A DNA stretch of 64,000 bases from Candidatus Methylomirabilia bacterium. Its GTDB lineage: Bacteria > Methylomirabilota > Methylomirabilia > Rokubacteriales > CSP1-6. Each line of letters opens with the position of its first letter. Position 1 is the first letter of the stretch. Shown here in pieces: positions 39,627 through 49,822 of the stretch. Where the stretch lies: the NCBI GenBank assembly GCA_041492755.1, contig JBGPXN010000002.1:22077-86076 (forward strand), in the 5' to 3' direction. Below the pieces are notes generated by a model. It had not been told where the DNA came from. It saw only the letters and a program-made list of their open reading frames with translations, and did not search any database. Made by a program: the position numbers and the translations under genes.

Positions 39627-40448
39627 CTACGTTCGGCCAAGCGCGCCCAGTCCGGCGACGAAGCCGGTGAGCATGTCCCAGCCGGAGGAATGGCCGATGC
39701 GCGTGAGCCGGCGGGCGGCGTCGAGGATCTCCTCGCGCGGCCGCGCGCCCGCGGCCCGCCCGGCGAGATCGTGCAGGGGGGCGTGGCCTTCGCCATCGAG
39801 CAGGTCACCCAGGAGCGCGGCGCTGATGGGATGCGTGCGCGCCGGCGCGCGCCGGCGGATCTCGTTCGCCGCCCGTCGCCAGTCATCGGCGTCGCGATGC
39901 TCGAGCCGGTCGACGACGGCGCGCGCGAAGAAGGCGCCGCCGACGAAATCGTCCCCGGCGGGCGTGAGGCCGGGCCCGAGACCGAGCAGCGGCGCCGCGG
40001 CGCGCCCGGCGGCGTGGGCGTCGTCGCTCGCGCACGCACGGGCCAGCGCCATCGCCGCCGGCACCGCGCTCTCGAGCGGGAAGGCGGGGACGCGTCCGAG
40101 GAGCAACGCGCCGAGGCCGTCGGGGACGCCGACCTCGGCCGCGGCCCTCGACAGATCACGCGCGGCCGCACGGAGCGCCGCCGCCGCGTCCGAGCCGTCG
40201 GGCAGCGCCGGCGCGCGCCAGCGCCGGGCGGCGTGCAGCGTGAGGCGCGGACGGTCGCCGGCCGGAAGCGGGTCGGCGGTCAGCATCGCGCGCGGATGCA
40301 GCGACGAGCCGGGCGGGCCGAGCCAGACGATCTCACCGTCGATGGTGAGATACACGGACGCCGAGAGCGCGGCGAGCACATGAACGGAACCGGGCGCGCG
40401 TTCAACCGCGCGTTCTGCTCGCCACCCGACGTCGCTGACCACGATCAC
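39627..40448 (-). CDS. DUF2877 (AllH-like) protein
   Basis: LLGLGPGLTPAGDDF..G; T.PISA; IGHSSGWDML.G. Confidence 0.8.
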   Translation of the reverse strand: MIVVSDVGWRAERAVERAPGSVHVLAALSASVYLTIDGEIVWLGPPGSSLHPRAMLTADPLPAGDRPRLTLHAARRWRAPALPDGSDAAAALRAAARDLSRAAAEVGVPDGLGALLLGRVPAFPLESAVPAAMALARACASDDAHAAGRAAAPLLGLGPGLTPAGDDFVGGAFFARAVVDRLEHRDADDWRRAANEIRRRAPARTHPISAALLGDLLDGEGHAPLHDLAGRAAGARPREEILDAARRLTRIGHSSGWDMLTGFVAGLGALGRT

Positions 40449-40474
40449 GTCGGGCGTCTGCTAAGGTACGCGGG

Positions 40475-41683
40475 ATGCTCCGCCGTCTGCGCGACGCGGC
40501 CGGGCTCGTGCTGCTGCTCCTGGGCGCGGCGGGCGCGACCGGCGGCGACTCCGTCACCGAGTTCCTCGGCCGCCACTGGCGACGTCCCCTCGCGCCGCAA
40601 GGCGATGCGCCGGCACGCTTCAGTCCGGTGGAGGCCTCGCTGCATCCCGAAGCGTGCGGCACCTGCCATCCCATCCAGCTCGCCGACTGGCGCACGAGCC
40701 TGCACGCGGCGTCGATGGGACCGGGCGTGGCCGGGCAGATCGTCGAAATGCTCGCGACCGATCCCGCCAGTGCGCTCGGCTGCCTCGGCTGCCATGCGCC
40801 ACTCGCCGAGCAAGCGCCGCTGGCGGGCCGCATCGACGCGCTCGTCGACAACCCGGTGCACGACCGCGCGCTCGGCGGCAAGGGCGTGGTCTGCGCCGCC
40901 TGCCACGTGCGCGAGCACGAACGCTTCGGTCCGCCGCGCCGCGACGGCAGCCTGACCGCCCGCGCGCCGCGCGACACCCTGCCGCACGCCGGGGTGACGC
41001 GAACCCCCGCGTTCCTGGCCTCGGGGTTTTGCCGCTCGTGCCACCAGTTCCAGCCCGACGGCCTGGCCCTGAACGGCAAGTTGCTGGAGGACACCTACGA
41101 CGAATGGCAGGCGAGTCGCTTCGCGCGCTCGAACGTGCACTGCCAGGACTGCCACATGCCGGACCGCCGGCACCTGTGGCGCGGCATCCACGACCGCGAC
41201 ATGGTCCGTGGCGGCGTCACCATCACGCCGCGGGTCCGAATGGAGCGGCCGGGCCCGGCCCGGCTGGTGAACGTCTCGCTCACCCTGCGGAACACGCGGG
41301 TCGGCCACGCCTTTCCGACGTACATTCCGCCCCGGGTCGTCATGCGCGTGGAGCTGCGCGATGCGGCCGGGGTTCCGGTGCCGGGCGGCGTCGAGGAATA
41401 CACGATCGGCCGCGACGTGTCGCTCGACATGGCGCAGGAGCTGAGCGACACGCGGGTTCAGCCCGGGCAGACGGCGACGGTGCATCTCCGCCGGCAGGTG
41501 GATCAGCGCGGCTCGATCGTTCGCGCCACCGTGACCGTGTACCCGGACGCCTTCTACACGCGCTTCTTCGAGACGTTGCTGGAGCAAGGCGCCGGGCGTG
41601 GCGAACCGCTGATCCGCCGGGCGCTGGAGGCCACCCGGCGCTCGTCGTTCACGATTTACGAGCAGGAGTGGCCCGTGCGCTGA
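40475..41683 (+). CDS. Exported pentaheme cytochrome c (c554-like)
   Basis: Five CxxCH motifs (CGTCH, CLGCH, CAACH, CRSCH, CQDCH); signal peptide; GHAFPT. Confidence 0.85.
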   Translation: MLRRLRDAAGLVLLLLGAAGATGGDSVTEFLGRHWRRPLAPQGDAPARFSPVEASLHPEACGTCHPIQLADWRTSLHAASMGPGVAGQIVEMLATDPASALGCLGCHAPLAEQAPLAGRIDALVDNPVHDRALGGKGVVCAACHVREHERFGPPRRDGSLTARAPRDTLPHAGVTRTPAFLASGFCRSCHQFQPDGLALNGKLLEDTYDEWQASRFARSNVHCQDCHMPDRRHLWRGIHDRDMVRGGVTITPRVRMERPGPARLVNVSLTLRNTRVGHAFPTYIPPRVVMRVELRDAAGVPVPGGVEEYTIGRDVSLDMAQELSDTRVQPGQTATVHLRRQVDQRGSIVRATVTVYPDAFYTRFFETLLEQGAGRGEPLIRRALEATRRSSFTIYEQEWPVR

Positions 41684-41712
41684 TCCCGAGTGCGACGCGG
41701 CCGGCCCGCCGG

Positions 41713-42498
41713 TCACGCCGACGTGAGCACGGCGCGCCCATCGTCGTCGCGCTCGTGCGAGGCGACGCGGAGCCCGGCCGCGGCTGCTTCGCGCTCGAGC
41801 TCGCCCACCTGAAACTGATGCTCGTAGTGGATGGAGCGCCAGTCGTCGCCGGCCCAGATCTTGTCGCCGGGCTCCGGTCGCCAGTCCGCGCCGCACACCG
41901 ACGCGGCCAGCGCGGTCAGCCGGCGGGGGAGCGTGCGCTCGGGCCCGTCCGTGGCCACGTAACTGAGGAGGATGCGGCCGCCCGGCGCGAGCACGGCACG
42001 AAGTCGGGCGAGCGTGGCCGTGCGCAGCGCGAGCGAGGGGATGTACGAATAGGCGTACCAGGAGAAGACGATCGCGTCGTACGGCCCGCGGAGCGGCGCC
42101 GTCTCCACCGCGCCCGTGATGACCTCCGCGCTGAGCCCGAGCTTCACGAGCATCGCGCGCGCCCGGGCGGCGCTCGCCGGCACGAGCTCGAGCCCGTCGA
42201 CGCGGTAACCGAGGCGGAGCAGCGCGATCAGATCGCGTCCGGTCCCGCATCCGACGAGCAGCGCGTGATCCTCGGGCCGCAGCTGGCCGGGATACCACCT
42301 CTTCTCCCAGTCCATGAGTCCGGAGAGGATCTGCGCCTCGTTGCCGGCGTGGCCGTCCCAGCGCGCTGCCACCGCCGCGCTCAGCTCGCTACGCGGAAGC
42401 GTGCCCGCGGCCAGGCACACCACGGCGCGCGCACCGCGATCGAGGACGCGCCCGGCGACCTGGAGCGTGACGAACGCGGCCCGCCGCATGATCGCCAT
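41713..42498 (-). CDS. Class I SAM-dependent methyltransferase
   Basis: LLVGCGTGRD; YDAIVF; LAPGGRILL. Confidence 0.8.
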   Translation of the reverse strand: MAIMRRAAFVTLQVAGRVLDRGARAVVCLAAGTLPRSELSAAVAARWDGHAGNEAQILSGLMDWEKRWYPGQLRPEDHALLVGCGTGRDLIALLRLGYRVDGLELVPASAARARAMLVKLGLSAEVITGAVETAPLRGPYDAIVFSWYAYSYIPSLALRTATLARLRAVLAPGGRILLSYVATDGPERTLPRRLTALAASVCGADWRPEPGDKIWAGDDWRSIHYEHQFQVGELEREAAAAGLRVASHERDDDGRAVLTSA

Positions 42499-42503
42499 CG
42501 AGC

Positions 42504-44135
42504 CTACCGGCCGAGCGCGGCGCCGTCGGCGCGCGGGTCCGAGCCGCCGCGCAGGCCGTCGGCGTCGATCGCGATCACGTGGGCGTGACCCATGAGGTCG
42601 CTCCACTCCTCCACCACGCGCACCTCGTGACCACGGGCGCGCAACCCGTCCACCACTTCGGCGCCGAAGCGCGCCTCGATCTTCAGGTCGCGCGAGGCCG
42701 CTCCCCACGTCCGGCCCCACAGCCAGCGCGGCGCCTCCACCGCGGCTTGCGGGCCGAGGCCGCGGTCGACGATCCGCGTCACCAGCGCGGCCTGCGTCTG
42801 GGGCTGGCCTTCGCCGCCCATGGTGCCGTAGACCAGCCGCGGCCGGCCGCCGACGAGATACATCGACGGGATCAGCGTGTGCGCCGTCTGCTTGCGCGGA
42901 GCGAGCGCGTTGGGATGCGCGGGATCGAGCGAGAAGAAGGCGCCTCGGTTTTGCAGCAGGACGCCGGTGTCGCCCGCGATCACGCCGGAGCCGAACTCGT
43001 GATAGAGGCTCTGGATGACCGCGACCGCGTTGCCGGCGGCGTCCGCGGTCACGATCGCGATCGTGTCGTCGCCGGCCGCTCGCCCCGCGCCCTCGGGCGT
43101 GGCGGCGCGGCGTCTGGAGATGCGTTCGCGCCGTCGGGCCAGGCGCGCGAGATCCAGGCACCGGTCCACCGGGACCGGTACGACCGTGGGGTCGGCCAGA
43201 TAGCGATCGCGGTCCTCGAACGCGACCTTGGTGGCTTCCACCAGCACGTGCACGTATTCCGTCTCGTCCAATCCGGCGATATCGAAGCCCTCGAGCAGCG
43301 CAAGGATCGCCAGCGCGGCGAAGCCCTGCGTCGGCGGCGGAAAGCTCACGGCTTCGCCGCGGCGGTACGGCACGCGCAGCGCGTCGACCCACTCCGCGCG
43401 ATGCGCGGAGAAGTCTTCGGCCCGAAGCGGGCTCCCCAGCGCTTCCGCGGCGGCCGTGATGCGGCGGGCGAGCGCGCCGCGATAGAACTCGTCGGCCCCG
43501 CCCTCGGCGATTGCCGCCAGGGTCCGGCCGAGATCGGCCTGTACGAACCGCTCGGTGTTCAGGCGGTGGGGGTGATAGCCGGGCCAGAGCGTCTTGCGAA
43601 CCTCGTCGGGCGCGCCGTCGGAGAACAGGTCGTGTGCAGCGGCGGTGACCCGCCGCTGGCCTGGAGACGGCGCGATTCCTTCGCGCGCGTGGACGATGGC
43701 GTGTTCGAGGAGGGTGCGCCAGCCCAGCGGCGAGCCGAGCCGCGTACGGCTGTACTCATGAACGGCCCACCAGCCGGACACCGCGCCGGGGACGGTGAGA
43801 GCGGCGGCGCCGCCCCGGACCGGAATGGTCATACCGAACCGGGTACGGTACTCGGCCAGTTCGGCGGCCCGCGCCGAGCGCCCGGCGGCGTTGAGCCCGG
43901 CGACGGTGCGGCGGTGGGAGTCGTAAACGAGCCAAAAGCTGTCGCCCCCGATGCCTGTCATGTGGGGGTACACCACTGCGATGGTTGCGGCGGTGGCCAC
44001 GGCGGCATCCGCGGCGGTACCGCCAGCGGCCAGGGCGGCGAGCCCAGCTTCCGAGGCGAGCCGGTGCGGCGAGGCCACCATGCCAAGGTTTGCGCGGGTT
44101 TCCGGCCAGCGGGTGGGGGTCGGCACGGCGCCCAT
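42504..44135 (-). CDS. ggt: Gamma-glutamyltransferase family protein
   Basis: GMVASPH.LA...GG.AADAA; GIGGD; VPGAV.GW; D|T autoprocessing site; LQNRG; HTLIP; GTMGG.GQPQ; GSDPRADG. Confidence 0.9.
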   Translation of the reverse strand: MGAVPTPTRWPETRANLGMVASPHRLASEAGLAALAAGGTAADAAVATAATIAVVYPHMTGIGGDSFWLVYDSHRRTVAGLNAAGRSARAAELAEYRTRFGMTIPVRGGAAALTVPGAVSGWWAVHEYSRTRLGSPLGWRTLLEHAIVHAREGIAPSPGQRRVTAAAHDLFSDGAPDEVRKTLWPGYHPHRLNTERFVQADLGRTLAAIAEGGADEFYRGALARRITAAAEALGSPLRAEDFSAHRAEWVDALRVPYRRGEAVSFPPPTQGFAALAILALLEGFDIAGLDETEYVHVLVEATKVAFEDRDRYLADPTVVPVPVDRCLDLARLARRRERISRRRAATPEGAGRAAGDDTIAIVTADAAGNAVAVIQSLYHEFGSGVIAGDTGVLLQNRGAFFSLDPAHPNALAPRKQTAHTLIPSMYLVGGRPRLVYGTMGGEGQPQTQAALVTRIVDRGLGPQAAVEAPRWLWGRTWGAASRDLKIEARFGAEVVDGLRARGHEVRVVEEWSDLMGHAHVIAIDADGLRGGSDPRADGAALGR

Positions 44136-44405
44136 CTTACTCGCTTGCCGAGCCACTGTGGCCGCGCCGATGTCAGCGTGGCTAACGCACGGCGTTCCCA
44201 ATCCGGCGTCGAGCGTCCGCCTTAACGTGTTGTGAAACCGTTACATATCCGGCGGCGCTGGCGAGCCCGGGGGGGAGTAGACAAAGAGTTGCAGGGCGAG
44301 TAGGCACGAACTTTCACACCGGATGCTACGATGACCCTACGTTGAACAGGACGGCGGCGCGAATGTAGTAGGGGCGCCCATTTAGGAAGCGACGCACATT
44401 TACCA

Positions 44406-47400
44406 ATGAACAGGAATGGTGCTCTCGTGACCCGACCGAATCTCATGAACGGCGTCCGGGGCTTGCTGCTCGGCCTCGTCGCCCTCGGGACCAGCTACCT
44501 GGCCGCCGGCTCGGCCGATGCCGCGGTCCTCAAGCGCGTCCACACCGGTGTCCGGAACGTCCCGAGCGCAACGGCCGTCACGGTGGTCTTGGATCTACCC
44601 GACGCGTCCAAAGCCTTCGTCGTGTGCTATCCCCGCAGCAGCACCACGAGCTCGCACCAGCGCGTGACCTGCGTCCTCGGCGACAACCTGCTCACGATCG
44701 ACGGCGGGACGAACGTCGGCGCCAACGTCACCGTCTCCTTCTACGTCGCCGAGTTCGATTCCGGAGTGTTCGTCCGGCGCGGCACCTCGAGCTTCGCCGC
44801 CGCGGGGACGACGCCGACCGCGGCCCCATCGTTCAGCGCGGTGGACTGCACGTCCAGCTTCATCGTCTGGGGTGGCGAGCAGACGAATGCCTCCGCGAGC
44901 AACAACAACGACGAAGAGTTCACCTTCCGCGCGATCCTGGGCACGGTCGCTTCGCCCTGCACCAGCGGGACGACCAGCACGCTGTCGATCGATCGACTCG
45001 ACGGCGCGACGGCGGCCACCGTGGCCTGGCAGATCGTCACCATGGACAGCGCGGTGGTGCAGCGGAACGTGGCGAGTCTCGCCAATAACGCGACCACCAC
45101 CACCGCTGCCATCACCTCGGTCGACACGACCAAGTCGTTCGCGCAGATCACCCGGACCGGCGGCACCGCGATCGCCGGCGTCGAGAACCTGTACCTGACG
45201 CGGGTGACCTTCTCGGCCGCCAACCAGCTCACGTTCACGCGGGGCGCGCAGACGGGCGCCGCCAACACGGGGGTGAGCATCGCGTGGGAGGTCGTGTCGT
45301 TCTTCGACGGTACGACCGTGACGTCCGGGACGACCACCGGCACGGGCACCCACACCCAGATGAGCACGGCGCTGTCAGGGGTCAGCACGGGACGGGCCGT
45401 GCCGTTGTACGCGCAGTCGACCGCCGTCGCGGGCAACAACATCTGGTCGGCCGCGGCCTGGTCGGTGCAGGTGGTGAGCAACCCGAGTTTACAGATCCTG
45501 TTCACGCGCGGCGCCAGCAGCAACAGCGTCGTGTCGGCGAGCTGGTACGTCGTGTCCTTCAACCGTTGCACCAACGATCCGCTCTGCCAGGTCGGCGCCA
45601 ATGCCGGCTCGGGTCAGGTGCGGCTGGCCACCACGACTTACACTGACCCCGGGTGCCCCGTGTTCGGCTGCGGGTACCTGGTGCTGCGCCGGACGGCCTC
45701 GATCACCGACGCGCCGGTGAATGGCACGCAGTACGCGGTAGGGGGCACGATCGGGAGCTCGACGGTCGTCTACAACGCGCACCAGACGAGCAACACCAAC
45801 GCGAACGCCGCCAATGCGACCAGCTTGACGGTCGGGTCGACGACCGGCTTCCCGTCGTCCTGCAACAGCAACTGCCGCGCATACGTCTTCGACGCGACCA
45901 CGCTGGCCGTCGACGAGTTCACGTATACCGGCACCACGGCGACGACCTTCACGGGCATCCCGAACTCGGGCGCGCTGGCCATGCTGGCCCACCCCGTCGG
46001 CTCCATCGTCCGCGCGTATCCGGGCAGCCAATCGAGCGGGAACATCACGATGCCGCAGACGACGACGTCCGCCGCGCTCGGCTTGACCAGCACGACGGGG
46101 GCGATCACCGTGGCGTCCACCACGATCACCGTCGCGTCCACGACGAACTTCGCCTCGTCGGGGACCGCCTTCATCAACAAGACCGACGCGTTCACGTACA
46201 CGGGGACGACGGCGACGTCGTTCACCGGCGTGTCGGGGATCGACGCGTCCTACGCCGCCGGCGCTGGCATCAACGCCTTCGGCACGACGATCACCGTGGC
46301 CTCGACGGCCAACTTCCCGTCGGCGGGTACCGCCTACGTCAGCGCCAGCGATTCGTTCACCTACACGGGGACCACCGCCACGTCGTTCACCGGAGTTCAG
46401 GGCGTGAGCGCCTCCTACACGTCCGGGGTGGCCATCACCGCGGAGGGCTTCCGGGAGACCGGCCTCAGCAACGGGACGACCTACTTCTACAAGGTGTTCC
46501 CGAAGACCGGGAGCAGCACGTACGTGACGACGCTGACGAACGCGCAGAGCCAGGTGACCGCGGTCCCCGACGCGGGCCAGACGACGTGGAGCTTCGCGAC
46601 GACGTCGGGCTCGACCATGAACTTCCCGGTCGCGGGGAACACCGGCATCTTCGTGTCCGCGAACAACACGACGATCACGACGCTCAACCCGGCCGACGGG
46701 ACGCAGATGGCGCAAGCGAACACGGAGGGGGCGGTCCAGAGCTACGTGACGTGGGGCGTCGACAGCGGCGGCGCGGGCGAAAGCGTCACCGGCGCGGACT
46801 CGGTCGGCATGATCTACCAGCTCGACGCCAGCACCGGGGACCCGCGGTGGTCGACCGCCTTCCCGAATCTCCAGGCCGGAGACTACATCCAGGCCGGCAT
46901 CTCCGCCCAGGTCCTCGACTACTCGGACGCGACGTTCCAGGGCCAGTTCTCGACGGACGTGCTCTTCGTCGGCACCACGGGCGACGGCACGAACACGACC
47001 AACCATGCGGTGGCGGCGTTTCGCGCTGACACCGGCGCGCTGCTGTGGGAGTTCCGGCCGAACCCCACGGGAGTCGGCGCGCCCATGGGCGAGGTGATCG
47101 GCCAGCCGTGGGTCGACTATGAGCGCAACCGGCTCTACGTCACCACCCGCAATGGCGTGTTCGGCGGTCAGAACGGCCTGTGGGTGCTGCGCACGGTCCA
47201 GGAAGGCGCGAACGCCGCGGGCACGCTCGTCACCTCGTTCGGCACCGTCGGTGATTCCCAGATCCCCCCCACGGCCAGCTACAACGGCCAGGTCCTCTAC
47301 CTCGCCGACGTGCCGGATCAGAGCGCAGGCTTCACGGCGGGCACGCTGCACGCGTTCAACCTGAATGGCGGAACGCCGGCTCAGAAATGGGCGGGCGGTA

Positions 47401-47819
47401 TGGCCATCCAGAGCCCGCTCGGTTACCCGAAGGGCCTGGTCTGGGAGGACTTCGGCGTGAACCCCGGGGGCGAGCGACGGCTGTACGTCGTGACCGACGA
47501 CAATGCCCGGGACGGGATCCGCTGCATCCAGGACGATGGCGCGAGCGGCTCGCCGTGCTGGCATCGGCCGCATCCGGCGTCGGGCGGGCGATTCCGGAGC
47601 ATGGTCATCGGCGACGATGCTCTCTACGTGGGGAGCTCCGATGGCCGTCTCTACCAGATCGACTACGTGACGGGGAGCATCGTGACGTGCTACGCGGTCT
47701 CCGGCAGTCCCGACCTTGGCGACGCCAGCACCTCGGATGGTCAGCAGATCTTCCTCGGGAGCGCGGGCGGGCGCGTGTACCGTATCGAGCTTCCGCTCCC
47801 GGTGGTGAGCTGCCCATGA
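44406..47819 (+). CDS. Large secreted Thr/Ser-rich repeat protein with FN3-like module and C-terminal PQQ-like beta-propeller
   Basis: Signal peptide (alternative start 44445); four VxxG...VD..KSF-type repeats; three FTYTGTTATSFTG repeats; TG...W propeller blades; LYVGSSDGRLY. Confidence 0.8.
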   Translation: MNRNGALVTRPNLMNGVRGLLLGLVALGTSYLAAGSADAAVLKRVHTGVRNVPSATAVTVVLDLPDASKAFVVCYPRSSTTSSHQRVTCVLGDNLLTIDGGTNVGANVTVSFYVAEFDSGVFVRRGTSSFAAAGTTPTAAPSFSAVDCTSSFIVWGGEQTNASASNNNDEEFTFRAILGTVASPCTSGTTSTLSIDRLDGATAATVAWQIVTMDSAVVQRNVASLANNATTTTAAITSVDTTKSFAQITRTGGTAIAGVENLYLTRVTFSAANQLTFTRGAQTGAANTGVSIAWEVVSFFDGTTVTSGTTTGTGTHTQMSTALSGVSTGRAVPLYAQSTAVAGNNIWSAAAWSVQVVSNPSLQILFTRGASSNSVVSASWYVVSFNRCTNDPLCQVGANAGSGQVRLATTTYTDPGCPVFGCGYLVLRRTASITDAPVNGTQYAVGGTIGSSTVVYNAHQTSNTNANAANATSLTVGSTTGFPSSCNSNCRAYVFDATTLAVDEFTYTGTTATTFTGIPNSGALAMLAHPVGSIVRAYPGSQSSGNITMPQTTTSAALGLTSTTGAITVASTTITVASTTNFASSGTAFINKTDAFTYTGTTATSFTGVSGIDASYAAGAGINAFGTTITVASTANFPSAGTAYVSASDSFTYTGTTATSFTGVQGVSASYTSGVAITAEGFRETGLSNGTTYFYKVFPKTGSSTYVTTLTNAQSQVTAVPDAGQTTWSFATTSGSTMNFPVAGNTGIFVSANNTTITTLNPADGTQMAQANTEGAVQSYVTWGVDSGGAGESVTGADSVGMIYQLDASTGDPRWSTAFPNLQAGDYIQAGISAQVLDYSDATFQGQFSTDVLFVGTTGDGTNTTNHAVAAFRADTGALLWEFRPNPTGVGAPMGEVIGQPWVDYERNRLYVTTRNGVFGGQNGLWVLRTVQEGANAAGTLVTSFGTVGDSQIPPTASYNGQVLYLADVPDQSAGFTAGTLHAFNLNGGTPAQKWAGGMAIQSPLGYPKGLVWEDFGVNPGGERRLYVVTDDNARDGIRCIQDDGASGSPCWHRPHPASGGRFRSMVIGDDALYVGSSDGRLYQIDYVTGSIVTCYAVSGSPDLGDASTSDGQQIFLGSAGGRVYRIELPLPVVSCP

Positions 47820-48286
47820 CCAGACGCGCGCTGACCGGAGCACTGGCCGCCCTCGCCCTCCTCGTGGTCTCGGCGACGCCCCCCGCGCAGGCGAAGAACG
47901 GATGCCGAGGCGACCACGAGCGGATCGAGCACCATCGTGGGGACCCCCGCGCGCGGATCACGTTCATCGGGATGACGCGCGACGGCCACCCGCACCACGG
48001 CGACCACTTCCATGGACGCTCGGTGGCGGTGGTGCGGATCATCGTCGACTGGCGCCGACTCGGCACGCCGGGCACGCAACGACTCGACGTCTTCACGCCC
48101 AACGGCGACCTGTACCGGAGCTTCACCGCCACCGCGACCGACGACGCCGTGGTGGAGACACGGCTGCCCGTCGCCGGGACCTGGATCACCCAGCACTCCA
48201 TGTTCGGCGCGTGGTGCGCCGAGGTGTCGTTGGTGGGCGAAGAGGGGCCGGTCGCGCGGGACGGCTTCGTCCTGGCTCCACGCTGA
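47816..48286 (+). CDS. Secreted hypothetical protein with a His-rich patch
   Basis: ATGA overlap with the upstream stop; signal peptide AQA|K; HPHHGDHFH; LPVAGTWI...GAW. Confidence 0.7.
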   Translation: MTRRALTGALAALALLVVSATPPAQAKNGCRGDHERIEHHRGDPRARITFIGMTRDGHPHHGDHFHGRSVAVVRIIVDWRRLGTPGTQRLDVFTPNGDLYRSFTATATDDAVVETRLPVAGTWITQHSMFGAWCAEVSLVGEEGPVARDGFVLAPR

Positions 48287-48735
48287 GTCTCCCCCCCGCG
48301 CTCGCCGCCGACCTCGCCGGTCACCTGCTGCGCCGCGGCGACACGGTGACGATCCGCGCGCGCGGCGCGAGCATGCTGCCGTTCCTGCGCGACGGTGATC
48401 TCGTGCGAATCGTTCCCCGACCGGTCGGCGCCGTCCTGACGGGTGACGTTGTGTGCTACGCTGCCGCGAATGCGTTGTTCCTCCACCGCGTCGTCGATCG
48501 ACCGGGTCACTTCGTGGTCAAGGGCGATGCCGTGACGTTCGCGGACGTGGTCCCGGCCGCCGAGGTACTCGGGCTGGTGACGGCGGTGGAACGCCACGGC
48601 CGCGTCCGGCGGATGGACACGCGGGCCGCGCGCCTGCGAAACCGCGTGATCGCCTCGTTGTCTCCGCTGCTCTCCGCCGTCGTTCCTGCCGGTGTGGCCA
48701 TCGTGCGGCGCCTCCTCCGGCGAGGCGGTGCATGA
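48283..48735 (+). CDS. S24/S26-family peptidase-like protein
   Basis: GASMLPFLRDGD (catalytic Ser), GDVV, LHRVV, KGD, VLG.V. The start codon is uncertain (CTG overlapping the upstream TGA). Confidence 0.75.
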   Translation: MSLPPALAADLAGHLLRRGDTVTIRARGASMLPFLRDGDLVRIVPRPVGAVLTGDVVCYAAANALFLHRVVDRPGHFVVKGDAVTFADVVPAAEVLGLVTAVERHGRVRRMDTRAARLRNRVIASLSPLLSAVVPAGVAIVRRLLRRGGA

Positions 48736-49529
48736 GCGGTTCGGCGCGCGAAGTGCGCATCGAGATCGGTGGTCTTCGCGCGGCTCTCGAAACCGAGGGC
48801 GGTGAGCTCACGGCGCTGGCCGAGCGACGGTACGCGGGGTTTCTCTCGCGGGCGCGTCCCGACTGGCGCTTCCGCGTCGGCCGGCGGGAGCACGGTCTGG
48901 TGCCGCTCGCCGACGTGGTCGTCCGTCAGCCCCACGGAACTGGGCGGATCGAGCTCGAACGGCACGACTTTCTCGCGACACTGGACGTCCGCCGTCGCGT
49001 CGGCGACGTCGCTCTGGGCGAGATGGACGAGATCGCGCTGGACGCCTTCTTGCGGGTCGCCTACTCCATCGCGTTGCTCGATGCCGGTGCGCTGTTGCTG
49101 CACGCCTCGAGCGTGGCGCGGGATGGCCGCGGCTACGTCTTCCCGGGGCGCTCCGGCAGCGGCAAGACGACGGTAACGCGACTGTCGCCCGGCGCCACCC
49201 TGCTGAGCGACGAGCTGTCGATCGTCGGGCGCGAGGGTCGCTGTTACGGCACACCGTTCTGGGGTGAGCTCGCCAGGGCTGGGGAGAACCGCTCGGTCCC
49301 GGCCGCCGGGCTCTATCTTCTGCGCCAGGCGGATCACCATGCCGCCACGCCGCTTCGCGCGCCGCAGGCGCTGGCCGCGCTATTGCCGAACGTCGTCTTC
49401 TTCGCCCGCGACCCCGGGCTGGTCGCGCGAGTCTTCGACGTCGCGGCCGACGTGGTCGAGCGCGTGCCATGCTTCGACCTCGCGTTCCGGCGGGATCCGG
49501 GGTTCTGGGACGTCATCCAGCGTGACTGA
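48732..49529 (+). CDS. HPr-kinase-related P-loop protein
   Basis: LLHASSV...GYVFPGRSGSGKTT...LLSDE; TPFWGE; ATGA overlap with the upstream gene. Confidence 0.8.
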   Translation: MSGSAREVRIEIGGLRAALETEGGELTALAERRYAGFLSRARPDWRFRVGRREHGLVPLADVVVRQPHGTGRIELERHDFLATLDVRRRVGDVALGEMDEIALDAFLRVAYSIALLDAGALLLHASSVARDGRGYVFPGRSGSGKTTVTRLSPGATLLSDELSIVGREGRCYGTPFWGELARAGENRSVPAAGLYLLRQADHHAATPLRAPQALAALLPNVVFFARDPGLVARVFDVAADVVERVPCFDLAFRRDPGFWDVIQRD

Positions 49530-49812
49530 GCACTACCCGACGCAGAATCCCCGGGCGGCGTGGCGAGTCTACGAGGGCGAAGCCGTCATCGTGTCACCCG
49601 AGGACAGCCGGTTCCACACGCTGAATGCCGTCGGCACCTTGATCTGGGAAGCCGCCGACGGGCGCACACCGCTCGGGGCGATCGTGACTCGGATCTGCGC
49701 GGAGTACGCCGTCGAACCGGACGCCGCCGTAAGCGACGCGAGCGCGTTCGTGTCCGCGCTCTGTGCCCGTGGGCTGATGGAGCTCCGCGAGACCCCGGCC
49801 GAGACGGGGTGA
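49522..49812 (+). CDS. PqqD-family RiPP recognition element
   Basis: WR...GEAVIV...HTLNAVGTLIWEAADG.T.L..IV..I..EY.V....A..D...F...L...GL. Confidence 0.9.
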   Translation: MTEHYPTQNPRAAWRVYEGEAVIVSPEDSRFHTLNAVGTLIWEAADGRTPLGAIVTRICAEYAVEPDAAVSDASAFVSALCARGLMELRETPAETG

Positions 49813-49822
49813 GGAGGTCGCG

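Noticed and set aside
44302..44318. Sigma-54 promoter upstream of the exoprotein/RiPP locus (AGGCACGAACTTTCA)
   Set aside because: The -24 half fits but the conserved -12 GC is absent.
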